From Nitrospirales bacterium (GTDB taxonomy: Bacteria; Nitrospirota; Nitrospiria; Nitrospirales; UBA8639): DNA of 64,000 bases. The notes beneath the pieces were generated by a model that saw nothing but the letters and a program-made list of their open reading frames with translations, was not told the origin of the DNA and searched no databases. The stretch is taken from the NCBI GenBank assembly GCA_965223295.1, contig CBDCWC010000002.1:928001-992000 (forward strand). The letters are read 5' to 3'. Below, piece after piece: positions 36,338 through 46,354 of this stretch (positions are counted from its first letter, which is position 1; each line of letters opens with the position of its first letter). Both the position numbers and the translations under genes were made by a program.

Positions 36338-37636
36338 TTAGGCCCCTTTTCTTTCGTAGATCAATTCGGGCGCACTGGCTCCCTCAATCACTTCTTCGGT
36401 AATCACCACCTGCTTGACATGTCGTAATGCCGGAACATCAAACATCAGGTCCAGCATAACCTCCTCGAGAGTAGCCCGCAAACCACGGGCACCGGTTTTC
36501 ATAGAAGACGCGCGTGTCGCAATAGCTTCAATCGCTTGAGGAGTGAATTCTAATTTCACGCCATCCAAATGAAACAACGCTTGATATTGCTTGAGTAGCG
36601 CATTTTTCGGTTCCTGCAATACGCGAATTAAATCTTCAACCCGCAAATCATTCAATGACGCTAAAATAGGAAATCGCCCGACAAATTCTGGAATCAGACC
36701 ATATTTCAATAAATCTTCAGGGCGAAGCTGCCTCATTAATTCTACAGCCTTTGGAGTGGTACCATGAGAGGTGTCGGCGCCAAAACCTACACGTTTTTGA
36801 TTCGTCCGTTGCGCAATAATGTCTTCAACACCCACAAATGCTCCACCACAGATAAAGAGAATATTGCTGGTGTCAACGCGCAAAAATTCTTGTTCAGGAT
36901 GTTTCCGCCCACCTTTAGGAGGTACATTACAGACAGTCCCTTCTACTAACTTCAGTAACGCCTGCTGAACACCTTCACCAGACACATCTCGTGTAATGGA
37001 AGCGCTCTCTGATTTGCGGCTAATTTTATCGACTTCATCGATATAAATAATCCCGACTTGGGCACGAGCAATATTAAAGTCACAGGCCTGCAGTAATTTT
37101 AGCACCACATTTTCAACATCCTCACCCACATAGCCTGCTTCCGTCACCGTCGTAGCATCAGCAATGGCAAACGGAACCTGTAAGACTTTCGCTAAGGTTT
37201 TGGCTAAAAGCGTTTTCCCGGTTCCTGTAGGACCAATCAACATGACATTGCCTTTTTCCAACTCCACGTCCGGGACATCTTTCCCACTAAAGACTCGCTT
37301 ATAATGGTTGTGGACAGAAACAGAAAGAATCTTTTTCGCACGGTCTTGCCCAATCACGTATTGATCCAAAATTTCCTTCAATTCTGGCGGAGTGGGTAGC
37401 GGACCGGACGGCAAATCTAATGGAGGCTGGCTCTCAGAGGTATTTCCCGACAAAAATTTTGAACATTGCTGAACACAATCTGCACAGATCAACACGGAAC
37501 CCGGCGCCTGGCATTCCATACACACCGCTTTTGTGGGAGCTTGAATCAGGTTCGTGGCACCGTTTTTGGCTTTTCCACAAAACGAACAAATTGCATCACC
37601 ACGAGTACGCCCTTGTTTTGAATCCCAAAAAGCCAC
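36338..37636 (-). CDS. clpX: ATP-dependent Clp protease ATP-binding subunit ClpX
   Basis: CSFC zinc domain, [31 protein letters not shown] and VGF loop. Confidence 0.93.
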   Translation of the reverse strand: MAFWDSKQGRTRGDAICSFCGKAKNGATNLIQAPTKAVCMECQAPGSVLICADCVQQCSKFLSGNTSESQPPLDLPSGPLPTPPELKEILDQYVIGQDRAKKILSVSVHNHYKRVFSGKDVPDVELEKGNVMLIGPTGTGKTLLAKTLAKVLQVPFAIADATTVTEAGYVGEDVENVVLKLLQACDFNIARAQVGIIYIDEVDKISRKSESASITRDVSGEGVQQALLKLVEGTVCNVPPKGGRKHPEQEFLRVDTSNILFICGGAFVGVEDIIAQRTNQKRVGFGADTSHGTTPKAVELMRQLRPEDLLKYGLIPEFVGRFPILASLNDLRVEDLIRVLQEPKNALLKQYQALFHLDGVKLEFTPQAIEAIATRASSMKTGARGLRATLEEVMLDLMFDVPALRHVKQVVITEEVIEGASAPELIYERKGA

Positions 37637-37762
37637 AGAGTCACCCTTTCTATAAATAAATGAGGCACGATTACATAATTACATAGAATGCAAATATGAG
37701 AATTTGATTACGAAACTTTGTATCATCAGATAAGAATAAATACAAATCATTGTCGCTTTCAT

Positions 37763-38815
37763 TTATGACACCGAATCCGTCGAAGCAAGCGGAACCGGGG
37801 TCCAGGACATTCCACTATCTGCGCTTCGAAACAGTCCTTTTCCATTGGTTCCTGCATACAGCACTTGGGAATCGATCGTGCTAATAGCAAGTGCTCGGAT
37901 GTTGAGGTTCGTCAAACCCCTATTGCGCGACTCCCATGTTTCTCCACTATCCTCACTTCTGGAGACACCTTCCCGGTGCGCTACGTACAGTACACTTTGG
38001 TCCTGAGGATCAAGCAGCAATTCAATCAGCATGTGATCCGGCAATGATTCTCCAATACGGCTCCAGGTTTCTCCTGCATTCCTAGAGTGGAAAAGTCCGG
38101 TTAAAGTCGCTGCATAGACTTTATCGGGATTATACGGATCAACCTTTATTCGTGTCACACTTAAGGCCCGGGAAGATTTCAAGACATCAGGATCCACTAA
38201 GCCCGTATTAACCTTTTTCCAAGTCTTGGTGCCATCTATGGACTTATAGACTCCTCCACTGGTACCCGCGTACAGCGTTTGGGGTTGCTGAGGATCGATG
38301 GCTATGGTGACCACCATCAGGACTTCCTTCATCCCTTTCATGCGCTTGACCCAGGTCTCCCCTCCATCAATAGACTCAAAGACGCCAAGAGAGGTAGCAG
38401 CAAACACATGACTACTTGACCCGGGAGCATAGACTATTTGATGAACCACCGATGAAATGGTGACTTCATGAAGACCCGTTCGCCGAGACACCCACCGCTG
38501 CCCACCATCATAACTTTTGTAGACCGCATCGCCTTTGGTCCCAGCTAAAACATTAGCCGGGAACAATGGATCAATGGCTAAGGCAATAACGCGGGAGTGA
38601 GTCATTCCGGCAGACATATTTTCCCACTGAATACCACCATCTCGAGTTTTATAAATATAATCATTGGTAGCAATATAAAAAATATTGGCTTTGGTGGGAT
38701 GAAGGCCAATTTCAACAACCGTTTCGCTCTGCCCACACCCAAAAAGAAGGAGTGATCCGACCAGGCTACAAAGAATGTGTATCGGCATCAGGCCAACCAG
38801 TTTCCGCGCAGACAA
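37763..38815 (-). CDS. BNR/Asp-box repeat (YCF48-like) beta-propeller lipoprotein
   Basis: LFGC lipobox and repeated S.DGG.TW motifs. Confidence 0.85.
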   Translation of the reverse strand: MSARKLVGLMPIHILCSLVGSLLLFGCGQSETVVEIGLHPTKANIFYIATNDYIYKTRDGGIQWENMSAGMTHSRVIALAIDPLFPANVLAGTKGDAVYKSYDGGQRWVSRRTGLHEVTISSVVHQIVYAPGSSSHVFAATSLGVFESIDGGETWVKRMKGMKEVLMVVTIAIDPQQPQTLYAGTSGGVYKSIDGTKTWKKVNTGLVDPDVLKSSRALSVTRIKVDPYNPDKVYAATLTGLFHSRNAGETWSRIGESLPDHMLIELLLDPQDQSVLYVAHREGVSRSEDSGETWESRNRGLTNLNIRALAISTIDSQVLYAGTNGKGLFRSADSGMSWTPVPLASTDSVS

Positions 38816-38895
38816 AAAACCCGGCGAGACGTCAGATTGAAAGCTAGATTGGCAAACACCAGGGATGTAAGATTTCAGCGAACACGTGTTCCACC

Positions 38896-39819
38896 CTATT
38901 TAGGCGAAGATGAAGAGGGTGGAGACGGAGTAATGATCGGCAATGGAGCCACCCCAGCTTTTGGTGCACCTTCATAGATGGCCATCGCCTCGGGCATCCA
39001 ATCCTTAAGATCACTAATACGAGTTTCATGAGACGGATGAGTGGACATAAACTCTGGTGGAGCCCCCTCAGATGCCGCCGCCATGCGCTCCCAAATATGA
39101 ATCGCCTCACGGGGATCATAGCCGGCATCCGCAGCAAGGAGGACTCCCACATAGTCCGCTTCGGATTCATGTTTCCGGCTGAACGGGAGAAGCACCAAAC
39201 CTTGAGTCCCAACGCCTAATGCTTGCATGGCCAACTGATTAAGCGCCGGATCGACCCCGAGAATCGCCATCCCTATATTGCTAATCGTTAATCCTGCTTG
39301 TGCAATGGTTCCATGACTCATCCGTTCTCCACCATGTTGAGCCAACGCATGAATGACTTCATGGCCCATAATCGCCGCTAAACCCGCTTCATCTTTCGCC
39401 ATGGGGAAAATTCCCGTATAGACAGCGATTTTTCCGCCAGGCAATGCCCACGCGTTTTTGGTATTGTCATCTTTGATGACCGTGACTTCCCAATCGAACT
39501 GCTCCGCGGCTTCTGAATATTTTGAACGTTTAGCTGCCTCAATGATACGGTCCGCCACACGTTTAACGGGCTCGATTTCGCGCGGATCCTTAGAGAGGAC
39601 AACTTTAGGGTCATCGAGCATTTGAGTATACTGGCTCGCCCCCATTTGGTTCATTTCGTCTGCGGAAACCATGAGCAGCTGAGATCTACCGGTATAGGGA
39701 TTGGTCTCACATCCCACTAAAAATGCCATTCCCAATACTGCACAGAATAAGGATCTTGTGAAGGAACCCCTCAAGATTACATGTGTCATAATTCGCCTCA
39801 TCATTTTTGAAGAATACAT
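38896..39819 (-). CDS. M48 family metallopeptidase lipoprotein
   Basis: LVGC lipobox, NAWALPGG, HEVIH, ESEAD and STHP motifs. Confidence 0.92.
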   Translation of the reverse strand: MYSSKMMRRIMTHVILRGSFTRSLFCAVLGMAFLVGCETNPYTGRSQLLMVSADEMNQMGASQYTQMLDDPKVVLSKDPREIEPVKRVADRIIEAAKRSKYSEAAEQFDWEVTVIKDDNTKNAWALPGGKIAVYTGIFPMAKDEAGLAAIMGHEVIHALAQHGGERMSHGTIAQAGLTISNIGMAILGVDPALNQLAMQALGVGTQGLVLLPFSRKHESEADYVGVLLAADAGYDPREAIHIWERMAAASEGAPPEFMSTHPSHETRISDLKDWMPEAMAIYEGAPKAGVAPLPIITPSPPSSSSPK

Positions 39820-39857
39820 AAAATGAATACCCCATTTAGAGGGAGTGGGGCGCCTGT

Positions 39858-41336
39858 CTATGCTCCCTTTGGTGGATCGGGGATACGAATATCTAACTCC
39901 TGAATGTCCTCATAACGCATGAGTGCCGGCTTCGTGCCTTCTCGAGGACCCACCACTAAAATCGCAAAATCATGAGGACGCAAATGACGTTTCGCAGCTT
40001 CTCGAACCTGTGTCACCGTCACCTGCTCAATGCCTCCACGAAAAGTCTGCAACCAGGTTGAGGGATACCCATAATATTCATATGTCAGATATCGACTCAA
40101 GACCTTTGCAGGCGAATCCACGGAAAACACAAATGAATTCAGAATGCTCGCTTTCGCTTTCGTCACTTCATCTTCTGTTGGGGGATCCGAAACCATTTTT
40201 TTGGACTCAGCAATCAACGCATCGATACCTTTCCCTGTCGTTTGAGTTTTCGTTGACATTGAAAGAATAGCCATTCCAGGGTGATCCCATTGGAGTCCCA
40301 CTCCACCTTGAACATCGTAAGCCAAACCTTGCTTGGACCGAATGTTGGAAAACAGCCGTGCTCCAAATGAACCAGAGAGAATTTGATTCATAACAACCAA
40401 GGAATAATAATCAGGGTGATCTCGCCGAATCCCCAGATGCCCCATGGCAATTTTGGCTTGTGTCATATCGTTTTTTTCAACATAAAACATCCCGGCCGGG
40501 GTCTGCTCTTGGATAAATGCTATGGAGTCTTTTCGTTCTGGTCCTCTTTGCCAATCTCCAAAAACTGTATTCAGTAGGGCAACAGCGTGATCTTTTTTGA
40601 AATCTCCAACAAGTCCTAGGATGATGCGGTTAGGGTGAAAATACGTCTCATGCCAATGCACCACATCCTCTTGTGTGATGGAAAGAACGGAGGCATAGGT
40701 AGGACTCCACGTATAGGGCGACTCACTCCCATACACCAACTTTTTAAATTCGCGTGAAACAATTTCATCAGGATTATCGTTTTGTCTGGCAATCCCTGCC
40801 ATCATTCTATTTTTGGCTATTTCCAGCTTTTCAGGAGCAAAGGCTGGAGTCCGTAATATATCACCAAAGATCGACAACACCTGTGGAAAATCGTCGGTTA
40901 AACAACTCATAGAAGCCGTTCCTGCTGTCTCCCCAATACCGGTTTCAATCATAGCCGCTTTGCCCTCTAAAAATTCATCAAGTTCATCGCCAGATTGCTT
41001 AGTGGTCCCTCCTGTCCGCAAGACGGTTCCCGTCAGGGACGCGATCCCAATCTTATCCTGAGGTTCTAACCGAGCCCCTGTTTGGATAAACGCCGAAATA
41101 TTGACCAAGGGCAATTCATGATCTTCCATCAACAACACGACCATCCCATTCTGCAACACCACTCGCTCCGGCTCTGGAATGACCAGTTCTGGCAAGGGAG
41201 GATATTTCAATTCTTGCACATGCTTCACTTGAGCCTCTGCAGGCAGCGAGACATTCATCAAGATGACTGTTAGAAGACCCCCAGCACAAACGACCTGATT
41301 CATACACCATCTCATCGTTCTGATTCTGGCCATCAT
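39858..41336 (-). CDS. M16 family peptidase, non-catalytic subunit (exported)
   Basis: M16 fold without HxxEH; R..Y pair RLFSNIRSKQGLAY; signal peptide. Confidence 0.88.
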   Translation of the reverse strand: MMARIRTMRWCMNQVVCAGGLLTVILMNVSLPAEAQVKHVQELKYPPLPELVIPEPERVVLQNGMVVLLMEDHELPLVNISAFIQTGARLEPQDKIGIASLTGTVLRTGGTTKQSGDELDEFLEGKAAMIETGIGETAGTASMSCLTDDFPQVLSIFGDILRTPAFAPEKLEIAKNRMMAGIARQNDNPDEIVSREFKKLVYGSESPYTWSPTYASVLSITQEDVVHWHETYFHPNRIILGLVGDFKKDHAVALLNTVFGDWQRGPERKDSIAFIQEQTPAGMFYVEKNDMTQAKIAMGHLGIRRDHPDYYSLVVMNQILSGSFGARLFSNIRSKQGLAYDVQGGVGLQWDHPGMAILSMSTKTQTTGKGIDALIAESKKMVSDPPTEDEVTKAKASILNSFVFSVDSPAKVLSRYLTYEYYGYPSTWLQTFRGGIEQVTVTQVREAAKRHLRPHDFAILVVGPREGTKPALMRYEDIQELDIRIPDPPKGA

Positions 41337-42889
41337 GATTGTCCCTCCCCACTTGTCATCGATAGATTGCCAGGAGGAGGAACGGTCTCTATCATTCCAA
41401 CGACACGATTTGTGGGTTGAAACAGGGTTTTTGCCACACGCCGGATATCCTCTTTGGTGACAGAATCAAAGCGGGAAATATAGCGAAAAAGTTCCCGCCA
41501 ATCCCCAAACAACATATGATAATCCGTCATATGCATGGCCAACCCTAAGTTATTATTGAGCGCACGAAGAAGACCGGCCTTTGCGCGTGTCCGAAATCGC
41601 GCCAATTCTTCATCCGACACGTCCTGAGTAATAAGCTTATCGAATTCGTCACGAAGTGCCTCTTGCACGACCTGATTTGATACGCCACGACCAGGGACTC
41701 CATACGCTAACCACACATGGGGATATTTATCGCCAGGATACGCGCCATAAGCCCCAACTGATACCGCAATCTGTTTATCCCGCACCAATGACCGATATAA
41801 CCGGGATGTTCGTCCATTCGTCAAAATATCATCTATCGCATCATATACCGGTTGATCCACATGGGTCACGGCTGGCTTATGATATCCCTCTAAGTAGAGG
41901 GGCTGTGAGGGATCCTTCAGAATTACGATTTTTTCCGTAATAGATGCCGGCTCAACTGTGCGAATAGGTAGTGGTGGAGAGCCTGCCGGAATCCGTCCAA
42001 AGTATTGTTCCAAAAGAGGAACAACCTCCTCGGGCTGAATGTCCCCGACAATCGCCGTCACCATATTCGATGGCACATAATGTTTTTCATAAAACTCTTT
42101 CGCATCGGTCATCGTGTAGGATTGAATATCACTAGCATACCCAATAACCGGATGGTGATAGGGATGTGCCATAAAAGCAGTGGAGACAAATTGTTCCAGC
42201 AACCGTCCAAACGGCTGACTTTCTGTACGTAGGCGGCGCTCTTCCATCACCACATCCCGCTCTTCATAAAATTCTCGAAAAACTGGATTCAAAAATCGTT
42301 CGGATTCTAAATAAGCGAATAGTTCGACCTTGTTGGCAGGCAATGAATAAAAATAACCTGTGACATCCGCACCGGTAAACGCATTCAGGGCGACACCGCC
42401 TTCCCGCTCGATAATATCGCCGAACTCATTTTTTTTGACATATTGCGAGGCTTCTTTTTGGCGTGTCTTATACGTCTCAAATAACACTTGCACTTTTTCT
42501 GGATCGGCCGTTCGAGAAAGCTTTTCTCGTTGATAGGCTTGATAGGCTTCTTCTAAGGCTAATAAAGCCTTCTTTTCAGCTTCATAATTTTTTGTTCCTA
42601 TTTGTGGGGTTCCCTTAAACGCCATATGTTCAAACATATGGGCTAATCCTGTTTCTCCCGCACCTTCTTGAGCCGACCCTACATTCACTCTCGTGATAAA
42701 GGAAAAAACAGGAGCCACTGGGCGTTCAACCAGAATAAATGTCCACCCATTTTTTAACGTATGCTGCGTCACATGCTGTTCAAACGCACTCAGGTCTTGG
42801 GCCCAAGCCCTACTCACCAACAATAATCCGACCAGCATAATGACGGTCAAAGATCTGGCCGAATACTTGATCCAATCACCGACATGCAT
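41333..42889 (-). CDS. M16 family zinc peptidase, catalytic subunit (exported)
   Basis: GLAHMFEHMAFKG, NAFT and ERDVVMEE motifs; signal peptide ending AWA. Confidence 0.92.
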   Translation of the reverse strand: MHVGDWIKYSARSLTVIMLVGLLLVSRAWAQDLSAFEQHVTQHTLKNGWTFILVERPVAPVFSFITRVNVGSAQEGAGETGLAHMFEHMAFKGTPQIGTKNYEAEKKALLALEEAYQAYQREKLSRTADPEKVQVLFETYKTRQKEASQYVKKNEFGDIIEREGGVALNAFTGADVTGYFYSLPANKVELFAYLESERFLNPVFREFYEERDVVMEERRLRTESQPFGRLLEQFVSTAFMAHPYHHPVIGYASDIQSYTMTDAKEFYEKHYVPSNMVTAIVGDIQPEEVVPLLEQYFGRIPAGSPPLPIRTVEPASITEKIVILKDPSQPLYLEGYHKPAVTHVDQPVYDAIDDILTNGRTSRLYRSLVRDKQIAVSVGAYGAYPGDKYPHVWLAYGVPGRGVSNQVVQEALRDEFDKLITQDVSDEELARFRTRAKAGLLRALNNNLGLAMHMTDYHMLFGDWRELFRYISRFDSVTKEDIRRVAKTLFQPTNRVVGMIETVPPPGNLSMTSGEGQS

Positions 42890-43027
42890 TCAGGACCACC
42901 TCGTGTTAAAGAATAAAGTTGATCGATTCATTTCATTTATCCTACCCAGGAAAGAAGAATCGTGGCAAGCAACCCGCACTTCCTAAACGTGGTTCTACAA
43001 ATATACAGGACAACCAATTGACAAGCT

Positions 43028-43672
43028 TTATGCGTAACGATCATTCTCCCAGGGCAACGCAGTATTAGAGTAGCCACGCACCTCCCAAAAGCCTTTCTGA
43101 TCGCGATCCAAGAAGGTAATTTTTTTAATCCATTTAGCACCTTTCCAGGCATAACGCTTCGGCACGATCACCCGCACGGGTCCGCCATGGTCTTTACTCA
43201 ATGGCCGGTCCCTCCAATGCGTGGTCAATAGCACATCATCATCGTCACAGACGCCCAACGGCAAATTTGTCGTGTAATCATCATATGATTCGAACAAGAT
43301 GAACTTGGCCGAAGAAAGAGGGCGTACAATCTCCAGGACATGCTGAAACTTCACGCCTGTCCAATCATTGTCCAACATGCTCCAGGTTGTCACACAGTGA
43401 AAATCGGCATGAACGTGTGACATGGGTTGTGCTTGAAAGTCTTCCCATGTCCATGTCACAGGATTGGCCACAAAACCATCTATCGTTAACGTCCACTCCG
43501 CTAAGTCAATTTCCGGTTTATAACCCAAATCCAAAACGGGGAAATTATTCACCAGATGTTGGCCTTCCGGCAGACGCTCATCTTGGGGTTCATCCACTTC
43601 ACGGCATGAAAATTCACGACGATGCTGCGCTATCTTCTGCTTGGCTTTCACAATGTTATTGAGAGGTTCCAT
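43028..43672 (-). CDS. Sulfite oxidase-like molybdopterin oxidoreductase (YuiH-like, cytoplasmic)
   Basis: DFHCVTTWS, HGGPVR, YAWKGAKW and GFWEVRGY motifs. Confidence 0.9.
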   Translation of the reverse strand: MEPLNNIVKAKQKIAQHRREFSCREVDEPQDERLPEGQHLVNNFPVLDLGYKPEIDLAEWTLTIDGFVANPVTWTWEDFQAQPMSHVHADFHCVTTWSMLDNDWTGVKFQHVLEIVRPLSSAKFILFESYDDYTTNLPLGVCDDDDVLLTTHWRDRPLSKDHGGPVRVIVPKRYAWKGAKWIKKITFLDRDQKGFWEVRGYSNTALPWENDRYA

Positions 43673-43939
43673 ACCTGCCGCTCCTACCCTTAAAAGAATT
43701 CTAGTTTCCTACTTATCCTGATTATTTACAAAAATACCACTATTGAGAGTACCATAGGTCATCTGTCCAAGTGTAATGAATTGAATCGAAGTCTAGTCAC
43801 TCTCTAAAAAACTTGATACTATTCACTCTACGTGTTTATTAATTGCGTGGAACCGTTCGGCTCTTGGTCCCCCCTAGCTTCGCGCCATCTTTTCCAGCTA
43901 ACCCACTTCCATTCATTTTTGTCCGGGAGGATCAATCTC

Positions 43940-44488
43940 ATGACCGTCAAACAACTCGTTACAGTTTTGTGTTGTGCCACATTCGTCATCGCCCATTCCT
44001 ACACCCTCGTACTTGCCGACGATCAATACGGCACCACAGAAATGAGCATTTCTGATGGAAAAACCATTTCTATGGAATATACCCTGACCCTAGAAGATAA
44101 AAAAGTACTGGACACCAACGTGGGCGGGCAACCTTTGAACTTCACACAGGGTTCACACCAAATTATTCCTGGATTAGAAACCGCATTGGAAGGCATGAAG
44201 ATTGGTGAACAGAAACATGTTGCGGTGGAACCTGAGCAAGGCTATGGGCCAATCAATCCTCAAGCCGTACAAGAAGTTCCAATTGATCAAATCCCAGAGG
44301 ATGCACGTAAGGTGGGGGCCCAGTTACAAGGGAAAGATCCTCAAGGTCGAGTGGTACATCCCCGAGTCACGGAAGTGAAAGAACAGGTGGTGGTATTAGA
44401 CTTTAACCACCCATTGGCAGGGAAAAAACTGTTCTTTGATGTCAAGATCTTGGATATTCAAAATAGCAATGGAACACCGACGCCTTAG
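43940..44488 (+). CDS. FKBP-type peptidyl-prolyl isomerase (SlyD/SlpA-like) with signal peptide
   Basis: IIPGLE, PEQGYG and DFNHPLAGK motifs; GGAGG RBS before ATG 43940; no His-rich tail. Confidence 0.88.
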   Translation: MTVKQLVTVLCCATFVIAHSYTLVLADDQYGTTEMSISDGKTISMEYTLTLEDKKVLDTNVGGQPLNFTQGSHQIIPGLETALEGMKIGEQKHVAVEPEQGYGPINPQAVQEVPIDQIPEDARKVGAQLQGKDPQGRVVHPRVTEVKEQVVVLDFNHPLAGKKLFFDVKILDIQNSNGTPTP

Positions 44489-44500
44489 TTGAATCATGTG

Positions 44501-44537
44501 TGTCGAGAACCTCGCTTATAAAGCGAGGTTCTCGACA
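44501..44537. terminator. 17-bp perfect hairpin between convergent genes
   Basis: TGTCGAGAACCTCGCTT-ATA-AAGCGAGGTTCTCGACA. Confidence 0.7.
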
Positions 44538-44634
44538 TTGCCGTTAATTGAAGCAACGGCTTGGGGGAACCTTCTCATTCACAAATAGAAGGCCAATAGC
44601 CTTCAATCACAAGGCCAAAGGCACTGATCTCTCG

Positions 44635-45045
44635 TCAGGCAATGAGATTGTACATGGTGCCAGAATATGCGGGGGTTTCGAGACCTAGGACTTGCGCCAC
44701 AACCACACCCAATTCTTGAAATCCTGTCGGTTTGTCAAGTATAGCCACGACACCCTTTCGAAGAAATTCCGTCCGTTCTTCTTCCGTAACGGTCCCACTA
44801 TGAATAACAATCGGAATGTCGCGAAACTCAAGTCGACTCTTTAAATGAACAAGAAACTCAATGCCATTCATAACCGGCATATGGCTATCAGTTATGATCA
44901 CATCAACGAGTTGTTCTCTCTCTAAAAGAGCTAGAGCTTCAGCTCCATGACTAGACTCCTCACACCAATACCCTTCTAGTTCAAAAAAGCCCTTTAGCGC
45001 ATTTCTGAGAATAGGATGATCATCAACGATAAGAACTCGTTTCAT
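44635..45045 (-). CDS. Single-domain response regulator
   Basis: VLIVDD, TDSHMP (phospho-Asp) and KP motifs. Confidence 0.88.
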   Translation of the reverse strand: MKRVLIVDDHPILRNALKGFFELEGYWCEESSHGAEALALLEREQLVDVIITDSHMPVMNGIEFLVHLKSRLEFRDIPIVIHSGTVTEEERTEFLRKGVVAILDKPTGFQELGVVVAQVLGLETPAYSGTMYNLIA

Positions 45046-45116
45046 AATTGATGCAGGCTCCAGTTCCTGATCAACCTACAAGGGGTTTAAAGTTTAAATT
45101 CTGCCAAGCTCTTGGA

Positions 45117-45473
45117 TTAGATTTCGTTCAAATGCGCCACAGCCGATTTGGCATGGGTCGTTGCTACATCGGCATGTCCAGCTTTTCCATGGGCAATGGC
45201 TTCCCCTAACTCAGCAATTCCGGCAGTTAAGTGAGGGTTACTCATTTCATTTCCTGCAGCTTGCGCATGTTGAAGAGAGACTTCGGCATGAGTGACAATC
45301 GCATCAGCATGCCCCATACCGCCATGCTCAACAGCTTCCTGCGCATGAGTAATGGCTTCTGTTACATGCGGATTATGTGCTCCCTTGTCACTGGCATGAC
45401 TTGCACATCCAACAACAAATAGGCCAAATAGAGCCATCACCAAAAGACCGGTTTTCCACTGAGACTGATACAT
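45117..45473 (-). CDS. smbP: Small metal-binding protein SmbP-like, predicted lipoprotein
   Basis: His at heptad spacing (HVTEAITHAQEAVEHG..GHADAIVTHA), VVGC lipobox, AAGGAGG RBS before ATG 45473. Confidence 0.8.
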   Translation of the reverse strand: MYQSQWKTGLLVMALFGLFVVGCASHASDKGAHNPHVTEAITHAQEAVEHGGMGHADAIVTHAEVSLQHAQAAGNEMSNPHLTAGIAELGEAIAHGKAGHADVATTHAKSAVAHLNEI

Positions 45474-45661
45474 AATGACCTCCTTAGTTAGTTTGATAAC
45501 AATGATGAAAGCAATATATTTTCTTTCTGGCGTAGTGGTATCATAATTCTTCCACTTTGTAAAGTTAATTATGTTAAAAGTAGCAAAAATGATTTCTTCA
45601 ATACTTTTCCCTTTCAACAGTACCATTGCCTCTCACTCTCAACTGAGGAGGAGCTTCGCAG

Positions 45662-46300
45662 ATGTTTCAACAATTTAAATCACGCCAAGAGCAAGTCTTA
45701 TCCATCCTACAACATCATAAAGCGGGGCTCACCATTGATGATCTGGTTTCCCTACTCGAAATTTCCCGCACTGCCGTGAATCAGCATATAGTGAACTTGG
45801 AACGGGATGGCATGATAAAAAAAGGGGTTCAACAAAAAAGCACCGGCGGGCGTCCTGGCTGGACTTATCAAATTACGGATGAAGGGATCAACCGCCTTCC
45901 CAAACAATATTCCTGGTTCTCAGAATTGCTTCTGGATACGCTGAAGGACGAATTCGGGAGCAAGCAGCTGGAAAATTACGTCAAAAAAGTCGCCGCCTCA
46001 CTGATTCCACAACTTCGAGCGCAATTAAAAGGCCAAGACGTGAAGGAGCATGTTCAACAAGTCGCCGACCTGCTTCAAAGCCTTGGCTATCAGGCGCAAA
46101 CGACCCCCGCCCCGTCAGACAAAGAATTGCCAGTGCTCACGGCACATAACTGCGTCTACCATGATCTGGCCATCAAGCACCCGGAGGTCTGCGCCTTCGA
46201 TGTGGCCCTACTCGAACACCTCATCAATCACAAAGTCGAACAACAAGAATGCATGGCCAAAGGCGGCCACACCTGCCGCTTCGCCTTTTCCCCAGACTAA
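45662..46300 (+). CDS. Winged-HTH transcriptional regulator with SufR-like C-terminal Cys cluster
   Basis: ISRTAVNQH HTH, GRP..Y wing, HNCVYH..EVC..EC..C motif. Confidence 0.85.
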   Translation: MFQQFKSRQEQVLSILQHHKAGLTIDDLVSLLEISRTAVNQHIVNLERDGMIKKGVQQKSTGGRPGWTYQITDEGINRLPKQYSWFSELLLDTLKDEFGSKQLENYVKKVAASLIPQLRAQLKGQDVKEHVQQVADLLQSLGYQAQTTPAPSDKELPVLTAHNCVYHDLAIKHPEVCAFDVALLEHLINHKVEQQECMAKGGHTCRFAFSPD

Positions 46301-46354
46301 CGCCATAGGGCACACATTCCACCAAACACCGCCCCTCTGCCAAAAATCAAACTT

